From Candidatus Bathyarchaeia archaeon (GTDB lineage Archaea > Thermoproteota > Bathyarchaeia > Bathyarchaeales > Bathycorpusculaceae), in the NCBI GenBank assembly GCA_049521795.1, contig JBEKOM010000001.1, forward strand, positions 608,001 through 672,000: 64,000 bases of DNA, given 5' to 3'. Both the position numbers and the translations under genes were made by a program. How positions within the stretch are numbered: position 1 is the first letter of the stretch; each line of letters starts with the position of its first letter. Positions 58,396-64,000 of this stretch are shown here, piece after piece. The notes under the pieces are model-generated. The model had not been told where the DNA came from. It did not search any database and worked only from the letters and a program-made list of their open reading frames with translations.

Positions 58396-60846
58396 CTACG
58401 GTGTCCATTCCCAAGGTTGAACTGGTTTTCGCCTTTCGTGCCCAAGGGCTTTTTCGCTGAGGTCAGCAAGTCGTTCTAGAATTATCTTTTGCTCTATGCT
58501 TGCGACAAGTTTCCTAGTGGCTACGACTGCATCGTTGTTTACTGAGATGCTGTCGATTCCGTTTCTCACGAGGAATTCTGCGAAGTCGGGCAGGTTTGAT
58601 GGGCCTTCCCCGCATATGGATACGGTGGCCCCGTTCTCATGGGCAACTCTGATTAGGTGCGCGATTATTCTTTCCACGGCTGGGTCTCTCTCGTCGAAGT
58701 ATCCCATCTGTCCCAAGCGTTCTGAGTCTCTGTCGATCATCAGTATGCCTTGGGTCATGTCGTTTGAGCCTATCGAGAACCCGTCGGCAAGTTTTGAGAA
58801 TTCATCAGCCATTATGGCGATTGATGGTGTTTCAGCCATGAACCAGACTTTGAAGTCTTTCGATCTTTCCAGACCTTCTTGTCGCATGATTTCAAGAACT
58901 GCCTTGGCTTCCCACAGAGTGCGCACGACTGGAAGCATGACCCACACGTTCTTCAATCCCCACTCTTTTCTGCATTTGATTATAGCCTGGCATTCGAGTC
59001 TGAACGCCTTTTCATACCATTGGCTTACGTAGCGGCTGCAGCCTCTCCAGCCCAGCATAGGATTTGCTTCAATGATCTCGTATTTCTCGCCGCCTTTCAG
59101 TTCTCTGTACTCGTTGGTCTTGAAGTCGCTGAAGCGTACCACCACTGGACGTGGCTGTATTGCCCTTGCGACTGCCGCTACCCCTTCTGCGAGTTTGTCG
59201 ACAAATTGTTGGCTTTTTCCAGTTTCCACAAATTGCATTGGGTGTTCTCCAATGTAGCTAGCAAGGATGAACTCTATGCGCATCAGTCCGATGCCCTCGA
59301 AGGGAAGGTCTTTGTACTCCTCAACTTTCTCCGGCACGCCCAAGTTCATGTAGATCTTGGTCGCCGTTGTTGGCACGGCTTGGAATGTGCCTGCGCCGAC
59401 AGCAGCTTGACCCGCAGCAGCGGTGCTCGCAGATGAAAGCTGTGCAGTTAATGTTTGAAGCGCCCCTTCGTAGACCACACCGCCTCTTGAGTCCACCGTG
59501 TACTCTTTTCCTGTGACCATTACCTGGGTGGCCTTCTCGGTTCCCACAACGCATGGGATGCCCAGCTCACGGCTCACTATAGCCGCGTGACAGGTTACTC
59601 CACCCTTGTCGGTGACTATCGCGCCTGCCAGTTTCATGAACGGCACATAGTCAGGGTTAGTCATGTCCGTGACGAGTATGTCGCCTTTCTTCATGACTTT
59701 GGCAGCTTCCTGCGGGTTCGCCACGATTTTGGCGATGCCTATGCCGTAGCCTCGTTTGCCAGCGGCGATTCCTTTGACAACGACCTTCAATTCCGGCTTC
59801 ACTTCTGCTGCCTCGCTTCTTGCTGGGGCCTCCGACAACTTCGCGCTCCAGACTGTTTCAGGCCTTGATTGAGTCATGAACACGTTTTCCGGAAACTCGA
59901 TGTCTCCATCTATGGCAAACTCGATGTCTTGCGGTTTCCCATAATGCTTCTCGATCCGTTTGGCCAATTCTGTAAGCTTGGCTATTTCCTGATCGTTAAT
60001 ACAGGGTAGCTGTTGTTTTTCCAAAGGCACCTCTTCATGTATCGTGTGCCCCGTCTTTAGATCCCTAACATACTGGACAGTTTTCTTGACTATCCGTCTC
60101 TCAATTATCTTCATCGACTCCTTGTCAACGACGAAGTCGTCCGGCGTAACGGACCCTGAAACAACTGCTTCGCCTAGACCGTAGTTGCCCTCGATAACTA
60201 TCTGACTTGTGTCGCCCGTTACAGGGTTCAGCGTGAAGATGACGCCTGCAGCCTCGGAATTCACCATCTTCTGTACTCCGACGCTTATGAAGACTTTCTC
60301 ATGCGCAAAACCTTTCTCGTTGCGGTAAAAGATTGCGCGTGGAGTAAACAGGCTGGACCAGCATTTCACAGTGTTTAAGAGAACGCTTTTAGCTCCCCTC
60401 GTGTTCAAAAACGTTTCTTGCTGTCCAGCGAAAGACGCGTCAGCCAAGTCTTCAGCTGTGGCGCTTGACCTGACGGCAACGAAGGGCTCTTTAACGTTGA
60501 TCTTCTTGCTCAGTTCTTCATAGGCAACTCTGATCGCGTTTTCAATCTCTTTAGGCATTGACGTTGCTTCGATTAGCTCACGGATTTTCTTTGAGGCCAA
60601 CTCGTATTGCCCAGGGTCGTTCACGTCGGTTACTGTTTCGTCTATGATCTCATAGATCTTTGCAGCAATCTTTGTTTCTTCAATGAATTTCTTGTAGGCG
60701 TAGGCCGTTATGGCGAATCCGGGTGGGACAGGCATGCCTGCGCTTATCATTTCGCCTAGGTTTGCGTTTTTTCCTCCCACGGACGGGATGTCTGTCTTTC
60801 TCAGGTTTTCAAACCATATCACTAAGTCTTTTCTCATTTCAGTCAA
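58396..60846 (-). CDS. ppsA: Phosphoenolpyruvate synthase
   Basis: GGKNANLGE, RSSATAED, TCHAAIVSRE, SIGSND and CGE motifs. Confidence 0.96.
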   Translation of the reverse strand: MTEMRKDLVIWFENLRKTDIPSVGGKNANLGEMISAGMPVPPGFAITAYAYKKFIEETKIAAKIYEIIDETVTDVNDPGQYELASKKIRELIEATSMPKEIENAIRVAYEELSKKINVKEPFVAVRSSATAEDLADASFAGQQETFLNTRGAKSVLLNTVKCWSSLFTPRAIFYRNEKGFAHEKVFISVGVQKMVNSEAAGVIFTLNPVTGDTSQIVIEGNYGLGEAVVSGSVTPDDFVVDKESMKIIERRIVKKTVQYVRDLKTGHTIHEEVPLEKQQLPCINDQEIAKLTELAKRIEKHYGKPQDIEFAIDGDIEFPENVFMTQSRPETVWSAKLSEAPARSEAAEVKPELKVVVKGIAAGKRGYGIGIAKIVANPQEAAKVMKKGDILVTDMTNPDYVPFMKLAGAIVTDKGGVTCHAAIVSRELGIPCVVGTEKATQVMVTGKEYTVDSRGGVVYEGALQTLTAQLSSASTAAAGQAAVGAGTFQAVPTTATKIYMNLGVPEKVEEYKDLPFEGIGLMRIEFILASYIGEHPMQFVETGKSQQFVDKLAEGVAAVARAIQPRPVVVRFSDFKTNEYRELKGGEKYEIIEANPMLGWRGCSRYVSQWYEKAFRLECQAIIKCRKEWGLKNVWVMLPVVRTLWEAKAVLEIMRQEGLERSKDFKVWFMAETPSIAIMADEFSKLADGFSIGSNDMTQGILMIDRDSERLGQMGYFDERDPAVERIIAHLIRVAHENGATVSICGEGPSNLPDFAEFLVRNGIDSISVNNDAVVATRKLVASIEQKIILERLADLSEKALGHERRKPVQPWEWTP

Positions 60847-61357
60847 CTGTTTTCGCCTCTTCAGTTTCAAGTTTTTCAATCACGATTCGGCAGGGCATTG
60901 GAAGTTTTGCGCTTCCACGCTTTAGAGATTCTTTGGCGAGTTCAACAGCGTCCGCGTTCACGAAGACGCTGATGATCGTCTGGTTGGGTCTGACGCGTGC
61001 GGCTGTGCCTATTGGTTTTCCGAAAGACCTGCGCATACCATCTTGAAGACGGTCTGCGTGTGCGCCGAAAATCATCTTGTTCTCCCGAAGTATGGTGTGC
61101 GGGTAAGGATTAACCCGTAACATATAATTGTTAACCAGCTTCTCCATCAACAAACGGTTTGTTGCTATGCGAGCAGCTTCTAGAGCGTTGTGACGAATCT
61201 GGGCTGCTTGGAGGGATATGAGTTTTCCCTCGTATCCAAAGCTGGATTTTGTGTCGCCCATGGTGAACTTGGTTATTTTGGGCTGGGGAAAACCCTTTAT
61301 GAACTCTCTTCTCGTGTAAGCTTGTCCTTTAACTGGTCTGTAGTTCTTTGCTTTCAT
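60839..61357 (-). CDS. rpl10e: Ribosomal protein uL16 (L10e)
   Basis: ALEAARI, RENKM..ADRLQDGMR..FGKP and KLP motifs. Confidence 0.96.
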   Translation of the reverse strand: MKAKNYRPVKGQAYTRREFIKGFPQPKITKFTMGDTKSSFGYEGKLISLQAAQIRHNALEAARIATNRLLMEKLVNNYMLRVNPYPHTILRENKMIFGAHADRLQDGMRRSFGKPIGTAARVRPNQTIISVFVNADAVELAKESLKRGSAKLPMPCRIVIEKLETEEAKTVD

Positions 61358-61529
61358 GGTGATTCCCTTTAGCTTACCTTAAGCCGCTATATTTAAACAT
61401 TTAACAGTCTATTCAGAACATTATTCTATAAATGATCAACGTGTTGTCTGGTTCACTGACGCAGATTTTGAGTCTACTTTGCCCCTGTAATCTGTTTCTC
61501 TTTCGCTCTAGAGCACGATGGTGCAAAAC

Positions 61530-62051
61530 TCACGGCAAGAGCCTTTTGTTCTTGAGCCATGTTTTGGCGAGTTCCTCATAGTCCGGAAAGACTTTCTTCA
61601 GAGTTGGAATATACATCTGCATTTCTTCCTCTCTCATGTACTGAAACTGGTATTCTCCCATGTACGGTGAGGGCTGGCCTTCTCTGGTTACGAATTCCAC
61701 GTGCATGAAAGGGTCTCCTCTCTTGATTGTTATGGGGTGACGGTCGTTGCTGAGGTTCACTAGTTCAAGGGCTAGTCTGCCGATGAATCCGCTGTGCACC
61801 TTCGCGGCGTTCAGGAAGGACAGGCCCATTCTACCATACTTACTCTTTGCAGTCAAATGAGCAACATAGTTTGGCGGGACGAAGATTATTTCGTGAGAGA
61901 TCAGGTTTTTGTGCTCCATATAGTGGAGGGTTGTTTCTTCCCTGACCGTTAGAATGTAACCGTCCCCGTCGAGTAGATTGTAATCGTAAGGGTAGACGAC
62001 TTTGTAACTGTCGATGAGTTCCTTCAACTTGTCTTTGCCCAAGACACACAT
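61530..62051 (-). CDS. dCTP deaminase/dUTPase superfamily protein
   Basis: KSKYGRMGL...VHSGFIGRLALE.. N and Y.G.YQ.Q motifs. Confidence 0.8.
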   Translation of the reverse strand: MCVLGKDKLKELIDSYKVVYPYDYNLLDGDGYILTVREETTLHYMEHKNLISHEIIFVPPNYVAHLTAKSKYGRMGLSFLNAAKVHSGFIGRLALELVNLSNDRHPITIKRGDPFMHVEFVTREGQPSPYMGEYQFQYMREEEMQMYIPTLKKVFPDYEELAKTWLKNKRLLP

Positions 62052-62141
62052 TTGCTGAGACCTCTGAGTGCTTTCCTAGCAATACTGAAGCTTGTTGTTA
62101 TATAGTTTTTTGATAGAACAGTAGAATGGGAAGAGTAACAT

Positions 62142-62741
62142 ATGAAGTGCCACTACTGTCGCGGAGATGCAGTGTTCAAGTGCGGCTTGTGCGGGAAGTT
62201 TCTCTGCGAAGAGCATGCGCAACTCAGACCCGTCTGTCCCGAATGCGTAAAGAAAACCAAACTCGAATACGCCATTGGCAGAGTAACTTCTGATGAAGAA
62301 GGGAAAGAGATCGGAGGGCTTGTTAGAGGTTTTTGGGGAGAAGAAGAGCAGCTGACCTTTGACCGGAAATTCAAGGTTACAGAACTGCCTGCGTACGTTG
62401 CGAGATTCAAAGACAGCATAGTTGGCTTCATCTCTGCCGCAGAGGTAGACGATGCCATCATTATCGTGGCGTTAGGGGTCTTGCCCGAGTTTCAAAGCGC
62501 AGGCGTTGGCAAAGGACTTGTTAAAAAGGTCGAAGACGATGCTATCCGAAGAAAAAAGAAAAGATTGCTTGTTTCAACTTCGAACGATGATTTACCTGCA
62601 TTGGCCTTCTACCAGTCTGTTGGCTTCCAGATCTACGAAGTGAAGCCTAACGTTATAGCTGAAAAACACGGAAAAATCCTTATGGGCATAGGAAACCTGC
62701 CGATAAGAGACGAGTTGAGGCTTCAGAAACGACTAGGATGA
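62142..62741 (+). CDS. Zinc-finger-GNAT acetyltransferase fusion
   Basis: CxxC...CxxC...CxxH...CxxC followed by Q..GVG..L, N..A..FY...GF. Confidence 0.85.
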   Translation: MKCHYCRGDAVFKCGLCGKFLCEEHAQLRPVCPECVKKTKLEYAIGRVTSDEEGKEIGGLVRGFWGEEEQLTFDRKFKVTELPAYVARFKDSIVGFISAAEVDDAIIIVALGVLPEFQSAGVGKGLVKKVEDDAIRRKKKRLLVSTSNDDLPALAFYQSVGFQIYEVKPNVIAEKHGKILMGIGNLPIRDELRLQKRLG

Positions 62742-63251
62742 TCAGTTTTCCTGAGAGAAAGTCTCAACCAGGGTTTTCGTGATCTTCTTAGCAACGGCGT
62801 CAACTTCTGGCGAAAGCCCCTCTCCGAAATCGGTGTTTTCAGGTTCTATGAGTAGTAGCGCGATCGTCGCTTTGGTTGTCTTGGAAAGGTACTCGCAGAA
62901 TACGCGTAGCGGAAGCATATGGGTTGAGAACGCAGGCGTGGCCATCAGGTTTTCGGGTTCACGAAGCTCAGAGTCGCCGGGTTTTAATCCTAGAACTGCT
63001 GCGTCTATGAGGAGAATGTGTGTCGGGTTGAAGTCGATTATTTGCTCGATGTAGCTTTCCGGAACCGTTTCGCATTCGACTAGAAAGACTCTTTTTGAGA
63101 CTCTTCCCTTTAGGTTCTGGACGATTTTGACCCCGACGAAGTCGTCTCCGCGTATTGGATTTCCGATTCCTGCTAGAACAAGCCTTTCAGCTCTTCCTAA
63201 CCACTTGCTCAACTCTTCTCGGACATTGTGTTTCCCAGTTTTGTTTGGCAT
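62742..63251 (-). CDS. Hydrogenase maturation protease (HycI-like)
   Basis: GIGN..RGDD..G, PE, IDAA and STH motifs. Confidence 0.92.
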   Translation of the reverse strand: MPNKTGKHNVREELSKWLGRAERLVLAGIGNPIRGDDFVGVKIVQNLKGRVSKRVFLVECETVPESYIEQIIDFNPTHILLIDAAVLGLKPGDSELREPENLMATPAFSTHMLPLRVFCEYLSKTTKATIALLLIEPENTDFGEGLSPEVDAVAKKITKTLVETFSQEN

Positions 63252-63297
63252 TAGAAATCGCCGCGGAACTAGAAAATGAAGGAATGAGAAAAGGGGT

Positions 63298-64000
63298 TTA
63301 CCTTTTCACGATTTTGATTAGTTTCTTCTCGTGGTCGTAGATCTGAACCGTCAGCGGCATCTGTCCAACTGCGAAGTGTGTTGCGCATCCGAAGCAGGGG
63401 TCGTAGGCTCTGAAAGCCATTTCTACCATGTTTAGTAGGCCTTGGTTCACTTCGCCACCGTGAATCAGGCCTTTGGCTGCGTCACGGATCGACATGCAGA
63501 TTGCTGGATAATTGTTGGTCGTGGCAACGATCAAGTTGACGTCCTTGACCAATGCATCCTTATCCAACACGTAGTGGTGGTAGAGCGTACCTCTTGCTGC
63601 TTCGACGACGCCTACGCCCTCACTGGGTTCACCTGGTTTGGCGCGTATGTCCGTTCCCGTAATCTCTGGGTCTTTCACCAGCTCTAAAGCTCGTTCAGTC
63701 GCGTAAAGCAACTCAATCAGCCGTGCCCAGTGAAAAGCCAGGGTGCCGTGCACGGGCTTGCCGCCCAGCGTCTTGTACATTTCGTCGTGCTCGGCTTGAG
63801 CCAGCGGTGTGGCCATGCCGCTCGAAGCGTTCAGTCTTGCAAGCGGGCCAACTCGGTAAACTCCGCTGTCAGGTCCGTAAACTAGACCCTTCCATCCCAC
63901 CTTCTTCAAGTATGGAAACTTCGCGTAAGTCCACTCTTCCACGTGTTCGGCGACGTGAGTAAGATAGTCTTTAGGTTCAAACTTGAGAAATTCTTTCCCA
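63298..64000 (-). CDS. mvhA: [NiFe]-hydrogenase large subunit, MvhA-like (5' part outside the window)
   Basis: GPLAR, EAARGTL.H, RAYDPCFGCATH L2 motif and a cleavable C-terminal extension. Confidence 0.9.
   Translation of the reverse strand, partial: GKEFLKFEPKDYLTHVAEHVEEWTYAKFPYLKKVGWKGLVYGPDSGVYRVGPLARLNASSGMATPLAQAEHDEMYKTLGGKPVHGTLAFHWARLIELLYATERALELVKDPEITGTDIRAKPGEPSEGVGVVEAARGTLYHHYVLDKDALVKDVNLIVATTNNYPAICMSIRDAAKGLIHGGEVNQGLLNMVEMAFRAYDPCFGCATHFAVGQMPLTVQIYDHEKKLIKIVKR

Overview
Archaeal chromosomal window. The gene set and order (GINS23-MCM, PCNA-PriL-PriS-GINS51-L44e-S27e-aIF2a-Nop10-PAC2, Rpo11/Rpo12, MvhA-type hydrogenase, dockerin/CARDB surface proteins) suggest a TACK archaeon, probably Bathyarchaeia; this is inference, not a database result. 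Positions 1-2905 are one end of an AT-rich integrated element sitting at the 3' end of tRNA-Leu(GAG). It carries an SNJ2-type tyrosine integrase, a small accessory DNA-binding gene and a PD-(D/E)XK-like cargo gene that the ORF track missed. It also has an unusual non-coding array of three compositionally graded low-complexity arms converging on two copies of a GGGYAAACTTTAC core, which is the top candidate for a novel cassette/recombination system. The rest is mostly housekeeping. Notable exceptions are a translin-EndoV-HD-Trbp111 RNA-processing operon, a nucleotide-sugar dehydrogenase homolog lacking its catalytic residues, envelope genes inserted into the conserved replication/translation superoperon, an archaeosortase with a PEF-CTERM cupredoxin, and hints of non-canonical start codons. 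All calls are from motif recognition by eye. Several starts were adjusted from the ORF track using Shine-Dalgarno-like motifs.
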